A stretch of 60,653 nt of DNA, the filler included, from Sluysia triapertura (Eukaryota): NCBI GenBank assembly GCA_046118255.1. It is 5 parts of 5 records of this genome, joined end to end, with 100 filler letters (N's around TTAATTAATTAA, not from the genome) between each part and the next. Parts side by side here need not be neighbours in the genome. Positions count along the whole stretch, not along the records: positions 11,343 to 22,214 come from JBJNIA010192318.1; positions 22,315 to 35,388 come from JBJNIA010061868.1; 3 more parts are not named here. One strand, 5' to 3'. Position 1 is the first letter of the stretch. Every line of letters begins with the position of its first letter. A program made the translations under genes and the position numbers. The notes below the pieces were generated by a model. That model saw nothing but the letters and a program-made list of their open reading frames with translations. It ran no database searches and had not been told where the DNA came from. Of this stretch, positions 13,509 through 27,399 are shown piece by piece.

Positions 13509-16500
13509 TAAAATTTTAGTACATCAACTACACTAAAAATCATATTTTTACATCACCCAAAACATTCTTACATCAAAAATCATTAAATTTGTATTTTAAA
13601 ATTAAAAAAGATAACGATAAACTAAATGGAATTTCTTTTAACACCTTTAACTTTGTTAATAATCTCTCACGACACCCTTTCATAATTTTTATCTTTTATT
13701 TTTACCCTTTCTCCTCTTCCTTCCCTAACAACGAATTAGAAGATCGTCTTCCACATATTACTCATTCACTAGCCATGTTTCTACTCGCTCCAATATCAAA
13801 CAAACTCATGTGATTCAACCATTATCGAATATTTCATTAACAGGTGATTTACTATGCTGTTCTTATTCAGAATCCAGAACTCCTTTAATATCAAGAGATA
13901 GAATATCTAAAAGTAACCAATAATCATTCCCAGAATAATTTTACTCAAATTCAGGATAATTGAAAAGAAAACAATAAAATAGTGGAAACTAAATTGAATA
14001 AGATAGAAAAGATTATAATGAAATTATCGAAATGAAAGATTATGGCAAATTGAACGCAATTTCAGAACTAAAAAATAAATTTAAAAACGGAAATCAACTG
14101 CATTAATAAAGAACAAAGTGATATGAATAAGAAAGAAGTTTCTGATACTATGATAAATACAAATGAGTTGACTGACCATAAGGAAGACAATGACATTGAA
14201 AATGCTGGAAAATCACAAATGAACAATCTAAAGATAGTATTAAAGTAATATATTAATTTACAACAGAAAAATAATTGCGACACTGCAACAAAAAGTGTAA
14301 CTAGTTTAGAAGAAACTATACCAAATGAAGATGTGAAAACGAAGACAAACAATGAAATAGAAAATAAATATTGTAATATTTCTAATCACATAGCGCCCAC
14401 GAAGAATCATGATCCAGAAATAACAAAAACTTGCACTTCTCGTTTAATTCTACGTCAAAAGTAACACCTCGTTGAACAGGAAAAACGTAAAAGAAATGAG
14501 AAATAAACTGATATGTTTATGCATTATTATTATTATTACATATTATTACCATTATTATAATTATTACTATTCCTATTAAATATTTTATCTGCCGATTCTG
14601 ACAGTTTTTAATATCTGGGTAATTATTTAGTGTCATCATTTGGCAGCCTTGATTTTAGTGAAAACTCACCTTGAGATTTTCTTGTAATAATAAGACGGTT
14701 GCCTTTATTAGTTACCAAAAATTATTTTTCATGAATGTGAGATTTTATTGGCCGTTTAAAAATTCATGCATAATTTTTAACTCAAAATTTCTTCATAATT
14801 AAAATTTAGAAAACTCAATAACACTCATTAGATTTTCTTTAATTGTAAAATGTTATGGCAAACAAAAAAATGTCCACAGCAAACAATGAATTTATACTTA
14901 TGAAGAATCACTTCAATAATGATTTAAAATTTTATTAATTTTGGTCATTCGTATTTGTTAATTTTTATGAACGTTTGAAAACCTTTCATGAGTATCATTT
15001 AATGTTAGAAATCAAAAATTTAGGAGTTATAAAACTAGAATCCATTGTTATTATGAATGTTAGTGATGAAATTCATTATTTTGTTAATGTGCATGAAAAA
15101 ATTAAACGTCATTCATCAAACGCAACCCTGAAACTGCTGATAAAAATTAAAGTCACCAATTCACAAGAATTAATTAAAGAATTATTTAACTTCATCTATT
15201 AATATGATACAGATTAAAATTTCATCTAAATCATTAACGAAAATTATTGATTTTGACGTACTTATTAAAAGTAACGAGACTCTTGTTAAGGTTATTTATT
15301 TTATAATTGATGATACATTCTTATTACAAATTTTTCAATTACTTATAAATAGTGATGCTTATGTAACAATTTATTTATCGGTAAACCGTGTGAATATCAT
15401 TCGAAATATCCTGACGATATGCAAATATATAAATTAAGAATATCAATAAGATATAAGTTCCTCTGTCATTATCTTGACACGACGCAAGTACATTTGGCGA
15501 GCCATGTTCCAGCTCAATAAGTGAATAACTATGTTATATATTAATCAAAGTACGACATTTTAAATTTTATTATGATCTTTTTAGTTAAATTTTATTCTTA
15601 TATTAAATTAATTAAATTCGTCTATTCAGTAAGTTCGGGAATTATCAATATTTTATGTTCAATAAACAAATACTATTTAATTGTCTCGTGCATAATTTCA
15701 ATAAAACATTTCATGTTATTTTTACTTAATCCTTAATGAAATTAATTTGAATTTATGAAGTTATAAAAGAAATTTTAATAAGAGTACAGTAATAATCAGT
15801 ATTAATAATATATATTATAATAACATAACACCAAACAAATTTAATAAACTCAATAATTATTATTATCTTTATAATAACTCAACTCCAAACTTGCTATTGA
15901 TTTTCAATTCTAAAATGGTTGTGATAAATACAATTCGTGATTGTAAATTTGTAAAATTTTATTTTCAACTTTTAAAATCTTTTGCTTTTAGTAAATAATT
16001 AATTTTTAATTCTCTTAAATTCTGTAAATAATTTTAAGAATTTCTTTTCATATTTTAATTTCATATTTTAATTCAATATAATTCTTTTCATGTTTTAATT
16101 TTATGAACACAATTTTAAAAAGAATTTTATTCGATTTTTATGTTTTAAAACAAACGTTATCTGAATTTTATGATATTTTAAGTAATAAACTAATTATAAA
16201 AATCTCATCAAAAAATCATATATAAAGTGAGAATGTAGTGTCCAATTCACTCACTCATCTCTAACATAGGCAATCTCAAACATCCAATACACATTACACA
16301 AATATATCATAACTCAATTAAAATATAATATTTTTTAACTTGAATAATATATAATATACTGTAGTTTAAACAGATCATAATATACTTAAATTACAATAAT
16401 TTATTATATAACTATTACTTTCAATCCGTTGAGGTCACCTTTCCCAATGTATTATCAGTGCATGAATTTTCACACCCTTTCTTTTTGTTATTATTATTTT

Positions 16501-17711
16501 TGAATTTCAAAAGTATACTCTCAAGTTGTGTTGCAACATTTACGTTTAAACATTTATGTTTTAACATCATTACTCCTAATTGACGCATTATCATCTGAAA
16601 TTGTTTCGCGTATTTCAAAATGTTTTCAGTAAAGTTTTGTGTTTAGTTTTCAGCTATTGTAACATTCTCGTTTTAATATTGCTCTTTACTCAGAGTTTTA
16701 AACTTTAATGGTTATAAAATATTTCCAAGAAATGGTCGACAATTTATAGCTTTTATTTAGATTTTAAAGTTTTCAAACCGTTTGTTCTTACAGAATATTT
16801 TCAAATACGTTCATTGATGTACTTTCTTGTTGTAATTGTATTTTTGAAATAAATAAATTAGTAATATTTATAATGTACACTCATCTTATATATAAACCGT
16901 CAACGCTACGTCTATGCTACCATAAAAGCAACGGAGCAAACTTAAGTAAGAGATTTTATTAATCAAAGATCCATTATCCATACAAAATTATCAAACGTAT
17001 TCGGGAAACAGATCATGTTCATGGTGCTTGCTTTAAATACTTAAACAATGTGCGATCGTTGGAGATATTTTGAATCATAAGATATTTGAAATAATCGGAA
17101 ATGCAACAAATATCTTCATCTTACCCTTAAACAGATTATATTTAGTTTATGACTTAAGTTGAATGAATTCATATTTCATCATGGGAATTTATTTAATTTA
17201 TCATTAACAATAATACATATGCACATTCTACATATTGCTTTTGCAAAATTTAATTAAATTTTAACCTTGTTTGATCATCCTCAATCAGTTATGTACTTTT
17301 CAAGATTTTCAGCTTAAGAACACCTTATCATTTATTGTATTTATAAGTGTTCAATTTGTAATATATACTGATGCTAAAGTATCTACTTCACAGACAAACA
17401 CTCAGCAGTAAAATTTGACAATATTAATAGTGAAATCTATAAAATAATTCAATCATGTCATATTTGTTCGTTTTCTATAATGTTTTTATCAAGAGCGATA
17501 TTACTTTAACCTTATTTGAAATAAAAGAATGAGAGTTATTTTCATACATTTATTGAGGCTAACTTATTACTTCTTTAGTATTTTTGATCTAATGACTAAA
17601 CTAACTACAAATTTCGCTCTTGGAACATGTTAATAAAATGAATATCAAAAATCTAAACTTGACTTATTATTTAAAATGATTAAATTAATGGAGTATTATT
17701 GTTTTTTTTAG

Positions 17712-17995
17712 AAATCAGATCCAGAATCTTTGTATCCGCTAGCAACTTTATTGGTAAATGTTACTAACAGTTATGATAAACCAGATATTTTACCAGAAAT
17801 GCTCGAGTTAGCTAAATATGCTAAACAACATGTACCAGAAATACATGAAAAAGACACTGATTTATATGTTAAATCACGCGTTCAAAAACTAGTAGACGCT
17901 GGTTTGGCACGTTCATTGTATCAATTAACGGTGTGTTCCGATGATACAGGACTTAGTGGAATAACTCACGATGCTTCTCGGGAAATGTTGGCTAG
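17712..17995 (+). CDS. unc-45: UNC-45 myosin chaperone, UCS-domain internal exon
   Basis: tttag|AAA...GCT AG|gtcag. Translation LYPLATLLVNVTNSYDKPDILPEMLELAKYAKQHVPEIHEKD...REMLAR matches the UCS motif NLTNSYD..PEMxELAKFAKQH(I/V)PE. Confidence 0.93.
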
Positions 17996-19218
17996 GTCAG
18001 GTTTTATATATATTTCAAATTTGGACTATAACCTACAATCTTTGATGAAATTAATTTTCAAATACCAATTATCTATAATAGTAGAAACGCAAAAAAGCAA
18101 AAATATTTACTTTTTCAAAATAGAAATCTGTTAGCTTCCTATAATGGAAGAAAAAGTTGACACTCTCGTGTTATCTTGTAGGTAGAAGTTTGTGTTTGTT
18201 TCAGTCGGCAGCAAGCGTGTTAAAATGTTTTTAAGTTTTAAGAAATAGATTGTTTAAACATTCAAAGGTTTTAAAATAGGACGTGAATATTATTGATGAA
18301 AATAACATTGAAGTTAACGATGACTTTGAATTTGTTACACTATCAGAAAATATTTAAATTTTAAATAACTTTTCAATAAATGATGTTTAAAAATTTTTAA
18401 TAAATTTTATATACATGCATATTGCAGCGTAGTGCTGAAATTTGTAAAATTCATTTTCAAGTAATTGAAGCGCAGTTAGAAAATATTCTTAACAATCGAT
18501 TAATCTACATAATTTATGACAAAAAGCATGCTAGTGTTGTTTCAAGAGGCTTCTGTGAGCATCTATCTTTATTTATATTAAAGTAGTGTTAGGTTTCTTT
18601 TTATGGACTATTATCATATAACGACGCATAGCCTACTCTGTAGTAATTAGTATTCCACTATTCATATATTATCAAAATTAGTAACGTATAAATACGTCTT
18701 ATTTCTTATCTGCCTCTTTTATAATATAATTTTTATTTATTTTTAAGGAATGAAAATTTTCATTTATATCATATATTTCAGTTACAAATAAATTATAAAT
18801 TTTTGTTCAATATACACACTTTCTTTAACTATGTGGCTCTTACTTAGATTATGCTCAATTACAAAAATTAGTTTAGAAGTTCAACTTCATTGAATATTTC
18901 AAAAATATCTCTATATTAATGGAGTATTTCGTATTGTAGTATCATTACTTAAAAGTTCAAATGTTGTGCTTAAAATGCTTTTAAATTGTTGACTTATTTA
19001 CTCATAAATCATCCGTAGAAAAATATTTAAATAGAACATTGCAATACAAATAATATTAATAATTCTATCATAACTTTTTATTATATCTTAAATGTATAAA
19101 TATTTCAGATTCTTCAACATTGAAACTATATAAAATTTAAATTTGTAAATATTTATTAAAATATCTAGTTTCAGTTAAATATTAATGGAAACTATTTAAT
19201 ACGAAATCTTTGTTTTAG

Positions 19219-19399
19219 AATTTATCTTGCTACAGCAAGTGAACAAGAACATCGAGGTAATATCGTACAATCAGGTGGTGCTAAATCTCTTATTTCATTA
19301 GCTACTAAAAACACTGAAACTGGTAAAGTAAAGGCCGCACAAGCATTGGCCAAAATAACTATAACAATGAATCCTACTGTTGCATTTGGAGGACAACGG
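19219..19399 (+). CDS. unc-45: UNC-45, next UCS-domain exon (missing from the ORF track)
   Basis: ttttag|A ATT...CGG|gtaata, phase-compatible with the previous exon. Translation IYLATASEQEHRGNIVQSGGAKSLISLATKNTETGKVKAAQALAKITITMNPTVAFGGQR matches RGxxVQxGG..AAQALAKI.IT.NP..AFxGQR. Confidence 0.93.
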
Positions 19400-19491
19400 G
19401 TAATACATTTTTCTTAAAACATAATCTATTAATAATTAAAAAATTCCTTATGATTCCTTATTTTTTATGGATTTTAATATTTTTGACTCAA

Positions 19492-19510
19492 AATAATAAT
19501 AATAATAATA

Positions 19511-19557
<47 letters not shown>
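19492..19557. repeat. (AAT)n followed by (ATT)n microsatellite in an unc-45 intron
   Basis: Seen directly; the two halves are self-complementary. Confidence 0.9.
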
Positions 19558-19558
<1 letters not shown>

Positions 19559-19984
19559 TTATGAAAACTATTTATTGCTATATTGTTCCCAGTTTAAATT
19601 AAAATTGTAACTTTCACGCTTATTCTTTTCATTATGTGGTTTTATAATAGAAAAACACCTTATATAGTGTTTTTCATTGGTACTATACTATAGCAAAAAA
19701 TTTGCCTGCCTTCAAAATTAATTTCTTTCTGTAATTAATTCTGTTATATAGCCAAATTTTCTCTCTTATAAAAATACTATTATTAATATATATATTTCCT
19801 CTTCTATGTCGCTAAATTTCTTCATGTAATGTTAATCACATTCTATAATATAGTTCTGGCCATTTAATGACTTTATGATTTAATATGATTTATTTGTGTA
19901 TTTATATTACTATAGTAGATTAGAATTCATTTGCTACTGTATAAATTCGTATAAATTCATTTGTACTTTTGTTTGCGTACTATA

Positions 19985-20114
19985 NNNNNNNNNNNNNNNN
20001 NNNNNNNNNNNNNNNNNNNNNNNNNNNNNNNNNNNNNNNNNNNNNNNNNNNNNNNNNNNNNNNNNNNNNNNNNNNNNNNNNNNNNNNNNNNNNNNNNNNN
20101 NNNNNNNNNNNNNN
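19985..20114. other. Ordinary assembly gap (130 N)
   Basis: N run with no linker; the ORFs called across it are artefacts. Confidence 0.95.
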
Positions 20115-20739
20115 ATGCACCCCAAAAATACTCTTTTTGAAAGTAATAAATCCAACATAAAATAAACAAAGTTTAGAAATAAAATTTTATATTATAAACA
20201 TAAAATTTTTATGAACATAAAAATTCATTTATTAATTTATTATAATTTACAATTATGTACAATTTAAATTCTTTTTATTAATTTATTTTTTAACAGTTTT
20301 AAAAAGAAAATTTTATTTTTTTTAAGTATTTTTTTATATTTTATAATTTAATTAATTTACTTTTTAACAATGAAAATTTCATATTTACTGTTTATTATTT
20401 CTCCTTATAATCTACAATTATAATTATTTATCCTTATAATCTACAATTATAATTATTTAATTTATTTCCAGTGTAATGAATTTATACTTAATTATTTCAA
20501 ATTCAAAAAATGTGAAATTTTTTAAAAATTAATCGAATTTATACAAAAAATAATATTTAAAATAAAAGTAGTAAATGTGAATATTAAAAAATAGCAGTTT
20601 AATTTTTTACAAAATCTCGATTATATTTTAACCCTCCAAAGGTTTTATATAATTTTTTATGAACTATATTAAATTTCACATTTACTTTTTAAATTCAATG
20701 AATGTCACATATTATCAAAATGATATTATAAAAACTACT

Positions 20740-21380
20740 TTTTTTACGTCCCGGGTAGTGTAAGAATTCGAGTGAGTTTGCATTGCGAGATTTTGAGTTT
20801 AATCCCCATTTGGCGCGATGATTCGTGTCTTGCAACATTTCATTTGTAACATATATTCTACATGCGGTAGTGACAAAAAATGTTATTTTGCAACGAAGCA
20901 CGATGATGTGATAACACAGTCAAAATGTCTTATTGAAGACATTGACTCGGGTTTTCTGTTTCAGACATTTAAGGTGACTACGTTTGTCATCCTCGCAATA
21001 TTAATATAGTTAGTAATTTAGAGCTTCTGGAGGTTCGAGGCGCTTTTTAGTGACTACATTTGCAATCCTCACTGATTATGCCACCGATAAAGTTGTTCTT
21101 GACTGCCTAATGCACGATGAAGACACTTCATTCACGTTGGAGGCATGTTTCTACCTTCTACCAACACAAGCGACAACAACCGCTGCTTTCGATACAAGCA
21201 CCTCTCGGTATATATAAGATATAAAATATCAATGCCGAGAAGTAGAATTATTGTACAAGTATGTGGAGCATATACCGAAATATGCGATAACTAATGCTTC
21301 TGAAATCTTGGAGTAGGTGTTGATAAATCCCCAATAGATGGCTACTTCTGCAATCGGCGTTTAGTATTTTCGGCAGAGAA
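20740..21380 (+). pseudogene. Decayed coding remnant, possibly retrotransposon gag
   Basis: GC-richer island with broken frames (DKKCYFATKHDDVITQSKCLIEDIDSGFLFQTFK); only a loose resemblance to gag. Confidence 0.3.
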
Positions 21381-22214
21381 CATATCACAAAAATCTTACT
21401 ATCTTACATACAATTTATCCAAAAATATCAAAGTATATCACTGGCGACAAATTTAATGTGGAGCACATACTTTTCTTGCAGAGAAAAGTACAAAAATCTT
21501 ATTTTTCATCAAAATTTTCCAAAAAGTATACCATTTCACCAAAATTATACAATTTATCCAAAAAATCAGTAATAAAAAATCTTACTATTTTTGATGAAAA
21601 ATATCAAAAAAATTCTAAGTCTAAACAGTGCCGAAATTTAGTTTTTCCAGAGATATGTGAAATAGTATATAATATAGGTAATTATTTATTCGGTATGAAT
21701 AATGTTTTTATAACATTAATATAATAAAAATAATAAATTAAAAACGAATAAATCAAAACAAAAAAACTAAATTTTCTACATACATAAAAAAATTAATACT
21801 TAACAATATAAACAACAATACTGATTTCAAATTTGCTATAGCAATTTTCGTGATTTCGATTTGGCTAGGAAGAAAAGTTTTTAAACTCATCAATTTCAAT
21901 TCTATGAGAAGGAGAAACGTAAGGATCGTGGCTCATGATAACAAAATAAAATATCACTAAAGAATTAAAATAAGACATTATGATGAATCGTAGGAACAAA
22001 ATAAGTATATAAAACACTTAAATCAAAACATAAGAATGAGAAATATGAAGAAATAATCCTTTATAAGGTTTAATTTATTAAAATATTGAAGGACATTTGT
22101 TAATTAATTTCATTACAATTTGTTTAATTTAATAATTTTGTTGGGATTGCCCAACTTTGGATTAGGAGACGAGTAGAAGACATATAGAATTATAAATGAA
22201 GGAAAAATTGATGA

Positions 22215-22314
22215 NNNNNNNNNNNNNNNNNNNNNNNNNNNNNNNNNNNNNNNNNNNNTTAATTAATTAANNNNNNNNNNNNNNNNNNNNNNNNNNNNNN
22301 NNNNNNNNNNNNNN
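22215..22314. other. Artificial contig spacer
   Basis: 44 N + TTAATTAATTAA + 44 N. Confidence 0.97.
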
Positions 22315-24869
22315 TTACAAAAAGATTATTTTATTTACAGATTACAAATAAAAGATGACTTTATTTACAAATACTTTACAAATATTTTACAATTAAAATA
22401 ATTATTGTAACAATATAATATTAAGAATATTTTAATAAATTTAATAATTTCGTGTTTTGCATATAAATTATAAACTCCAACTGATCTTAATTATACAAAT
22501 CTACAAATCCAGTGAATGTTTTTAATATTAGTCAAATCAAGGATTAATAATACAACGAAAGATTTATCCACAAACTTGTGATTTAGTTATGTTATATTTT
22601 CTATACAGAAATTACAATATTTTATCGTTTTTCTACTAATATTATACTATGTCAAATTTTTTTCCATAATTAATTAATTTCTGGATATAGCAAACTTTGT
22701 ACATATATTACTTGCTTCTTCTATAATATTTGTTTGGAGATAGTATGACTTATACATTAATATTAATTTACTTGTTGAGTTGGGTTTTTGTGTTTGATGA
22801 TATTTATTTTTTCATTTCCATTATAATAAAACCATAGGTTTTTTCTTCTAACGTTCTGAATTTGTTGTGTTCCGTATTTTTATAATTTTATTTTAATATT
22901 ATTGAGATTCTATTTAAAAATAAAAAGTTAAAAATTACTTTATGATTTCCTAAGCATACGAATTTGATTATTGAATGATTATTAAAAGGAATGTAATTCT
23001 GTATTACAGATAGAACCTTCACTCAGACGGTTGGTAAACATAACATCAGTTAATCAAATAATTGATAATCAGTCACAGTTTTAACAGTTCGATCATGGGT
23101 GGGGAACCCTTTAATGACAGGATACGGCTTGTTTCTTTGCATTATAATAAGACCGCTTAATAATTAAACATTTCTACTATTCATATATAAAACGATTTCC
23201 TCACAATATTTGAGATTAGTATACTACAATTTTATAGAGGTACTATTATGCTGTACAATTTATTAAAAAAATTAAATAATTTATAGATGAAAATTGTCAT
23301 AATATCACAATATATAAAATGAAATTAGCTAACTGTAGAAAGAAAGTGGTCGCATAAGATACAACTATATCGGAAAAAATTAATCATAGAATAGTTTTTA
23401 AGAATAGTTATTAATAAAAATATAGTGAGTATAAATTAAAAACAGTATTAAACACCATTGAAAAATAAATTAGACATAAATACTAGAGATAAAGAAAATA
23501 AATTTTGACTAACTTACAAGTATAATTTGTGAAGATGATACACACTCTTATGAATAATGTTATTAGATGTTTATTATTAAATAAAGATTAAAATTAATAA
23601 ACAAAAATCAAACAAAATTCAACCGTACCTATAATGTGAAATATCACAAACCAAACAAAATTAATTAATTAATAAAATATTTAGATAAAATCAAACAATC
23701 AAAATAACAATTATAATTGTTAAAATTTAAGCTTATTAACACCAATAAATTAGGGGACAAATATACAGCATTATTTAGTAATAAACTTCTTAAATTAAAA
23801 AAACAATAAATGCTTACATTAATGTATGTCGTCATTGTATCACCCAGTGAAAACATTGTCCGCTACTGACATCATTATCTTCACCTTCCTATTTATAATT
23901 TTATAATTTGTAACTCCTTTTAATTTTTGTCTAATTCTCTTACTTAATTATTTAAATAATTAAGTTAATTCTCAATCAAAAGGATGCAAATGTCTATTAA
24001 GTAAAATATTCTCCATCTAGAAATCAATGTACATTGGTATTTAACATGGACCATAGTTCCAAAAATAACAAACAGCAAGTACAAATTTGAAATATTATAT
24101 CAAAATTCAATTCTACAAAATAACAATTTTAAATATACTTGTGATTTTAAGTTCGCTTCCGGATTTTGTTTGGATATAAAACCCTCAAAAAACCTGTAAA
24201 AGTTTATAGATACTCCATGAAGTAAATTTTATCTTGTTCAGTTTCGTCAGACTCATAAGGATTATTATCATATGTTAGTAAAAATTCATTTTCTGGTTCG
24301 ATCCTTGTACAACAGCATTTTACTTTCTGAATAATCTCAAAGCATATCATTTCTCTCGTTTAGCAATAATCAAAAGATACCCAAGCATTACTTTAACCAT
24401 ACTAAGTTGCCGATAAGGAGCTAAACATCCTAAAGTTATTATAGAAATTCTTTTAGTACTAAATGAATCTTCATTTTAAGTAATATTGATTCTAAATCAT
24501 GCAGCATCTTCCACAGTATCATTAAAATAAGCTAGCTTTACTAAATTTTTGGTAAAGTTCATTAAATTTTACCAAAACAATGCAGCGTCTAAACTAGTAT
24601 AACTAGAATAATTTTGTAAATTGAATTGTGTACACGGTTGAAATCTCGCTGGTTTATATACCAGTTACAAGTCAGTGTTGTTCAACCATGTGAAAAATAA
24701 AAATTTTTGTTTTTAATACTTACTTTTGTAAGTAAGTAATTATTTGAAATTATTATTAATTGTATTTTTAATATTTTACACATTTAATTTTTATTATTAT
24801 CATTAATTATTATTATTACCTATTATTATTCCTCAAATGAGGTTGTGATTGTAAGTGTTATAACCCGTC

Positions 24870-25720
24870 AGTTGAATAGCATCACAGAATCTGGTTCAGA
24901 CTATCAACCACAGCTTTCGTGCAATGTAGTACATGATTATTTCCGGATTTCCGGTTTCTTCGCTCATTTCTACATAGCGATTTATAGAACTCAATAATAA
25001 TGTTTACTTAATTTTATTTTAATTGAATTTCACATTTATAAATTTACCCTGAGATTGGAGTTTGGTTTCCTTCTCAGTTCCTATTTAAGATTGAAACAAA
25101 TTTTTTGAATCAAAACCAATTATTTGAAACACAATTATCCTGCTATGAGTAACGTAGTAAAGAAGATATCAGCCGTTACATTTTCCCTTGTTTTATTTCA
25201 ACTATATCTTCTTTGTCAATGTTTATCTTTGCGTTTCTTCAGTGCTAAATTTTTCTTTTGTATCTTTAGGTTTAGATGAAATTAACATTTGTATAAGCAT
25301 CTTCGACTGAATTGTTCATCTATAGTTGAGTTATATTTCATTGTGAATTATTCAACGACATATCTAATTGGCGCTAATTTATCAATGCAATCTCTAGTGC
25401 TATTGGATATCAAAGATAAATTCTTAGAAATTATTTCGTGATATATTTTCGCAATTGATGATAATACACGAATGCTTTCATTCTTAATATCAATTAGTAT
25501 CAGTTATCCCAGGAAAAAATATAATTCTCCTAAATCTTTCATCAGAATTCCAGGTTTTTCAATTATTTGTTAATTGAATAATCAAGTCCATCATCTCAGG
25601 AGTCAAAAACTTGCTGAATTATCTTATTGGAGTTTGTCCTGAATTCATAGCTTTCCTTGTAAACCCTTTTTAACTACGGAGTTCGTCTTTCTGTCCTTGA
25701 AATACTATTTATCACCATCT
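24870..25720 (-). mobile_element. piggyBac transposase remnant (frameshifted)
   Basis: Minus-strand motifs in piggyBac order: FLTPEMMDLII, LGELYFFLG, TIDEQ, SSKPKD, NVTADIFFT, NPEIIMYY, VVDSLNQ. Compare the consensus TIDEQL, PxKPxKYG, NxTxDNxFTS, KPxxIxxYNxTKGGVDxxDQ. Confidence 0.8.
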
Positions 25721-25939
25721 TTTGATGGAGCACATGGCATTTCAAATTATCATCAACACTTACTTCATTATTGCAGTTTTCCTAGTATTCTTTAATGATC
25801 ATGGGCTCATCGATTATTTTGTCCTTACGAAGAATTTCGAAGACTGTTTGATTAATTCAATTGCTTCATTGTTCATGGTACCTCTTTACCATTATCATGG
25901 AAATTTTTGTATTTTAAAAAGTTTAACTGCAATACATCT

Positions 25940-26032
25940 ACTGGTAAAAAGACCTAAAGTGCCACGAAAGTATTATTGATTATGAACAAATAAAATTGTT
26001 AAATGGGGCTGATAGCTCAGTGGGTAGAGAAT
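25940..26032 (+). repeat. 3'-truncated copy of the leader plus pseudo-tRNA element
   Basis: taaaaagacctaaagtgcca...aaattgttaaatggggctgatagctcagtgggtagag aligns with 47597-47740. Confidence 0.75.
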
Positions 26033-26039
26033 GCCAATG

Positions 26040-27345
26040 AATATGTCGTATTTTTGGAGGCACTTTGTCAGTCTGAGAAAGTTTTTCCGAAGTGCACAAT
26101 ACCTATATGCCGAATATTGTCAGATCGTTGGTTGATCATCCCGAGTTACCTTCCAGGGAGTATGGATGGATGGTACTTACAACAATGCCATTTTAAAAGA
26201 AAATAATGCGAGTTGCTTCTCACTTGTACTAGGTACCAGATTCATTTCTGTGCCTAATCCTTGTTTGATTAATCCTAATCCTTGTGCCTAAAATGTTTGA
26301 TAATGAAAACCAAGAAGATGATGACGAAAAAGATAATTACCAAGCTGTTAATGAAGATCCAAACCAAGAAAAACATGATGATTATAGTGATTCTGAAGAT
26401 GCTGCAGATGCTGTTCCTAGAGATCCCGAAGAAGGTTTTGCCCCTGTAGCAGATGCGGATCCAGATCCAGATGAATTAGATGATGATACATACGGCGATT
26501 ATGATACTTATGCTAATAGCGATCCTGCTACTAAAACCTAACCGTGGGCGGAACAACATACTGGTGATGCCCAAGATGCCGATGGAGATGATGATGAAGG
26601 TAAAGACACGGTTTATGATTCTTATGAAGAATATGATGATACCGATCATGATGTTGAAACCCCATCTCGGAAGGAAAAACGTATTCGTGATACTAGAGAT
26701 GCAGCTCCTCGTGAAGAAGCTGTTGCTGGAGATGAATTAAAAGAATAAGATGATGATAAAGATGAAAATCCAGTTTATAAAGAACATAACAAAAACGAAG
26801 AAGACGATGGAGATTTCGCTGCACGTGGTTGCCAGACAGTAGTTGTTCCTGATTGGAATGAAGATGGTACTGTGGATGGCAGTGTTGCTGCATTTTTGGA
26901 ACACAGATGGATCTTCAACTGTGGAGACAAGGGCCGATTGATAGCAGAAAAATTGGTGACCGAAGAGTACTCTGTTCCAGGGTTCTTGGCCTTATTATTT
27001 TTAATCTGCTTGATCCGACCTTTTTTCTATGTATGTCTGAGCTGTAAATGTTTGCATGATGTAAATTTCTTTCATGTAGTCCAAATATTTTAATCATTTT
27101 TATCATCTGTACTTTGTTGTCGCAAAATACATTTAGGGAGTGGTCCTAGTAATAAGGACCTTTGGATCTATGAAGATGAAATAGAGTAATTCTTCACTTG
27201 TCTTCGTTGCACAGATATCGCTCCAGTTACTTCCTTGTGCGACCCATGCTATAAGAACCCCATTCTTTTCAAACGTTCCATTGTTGGATACCTCCCGGGC
27301 TGCCCTACGATTTGTGCAGTAATCTGCATTAAATCTCATTTTTCC
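26040..27345. pseudogene. Decayed coding block: Asp/Glu-rich on the + strand, Ser-rich with a possible zinc-finger remnant on the - strand (possible retroelement N-terminal region)
   Basis: The + frame 26284-27093 has no frameshift and only two internal stops. The codon-aligned - frame reads C..WTT.KKFTSCKHLQLRH and then a Ser/Pro/Ala-rich tract with more stops. Confidence 0.45.
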
Positions 27346-27399
27346 TTACTTGTCATTGACGTCAATGATGTATCTACGTCTCAACAACAAGCACTCTAT

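Noticed and set aside
19896-20169. Four ORFs spanning the N gap
   Set aside because: Artefacts of translating N.
23040-23200. Minus-strand KGFPTHDRTVKTVTDY, resembling a DNA transposase C-terminal motif
   Set aside because: A single weak motif; not enough to call a family.
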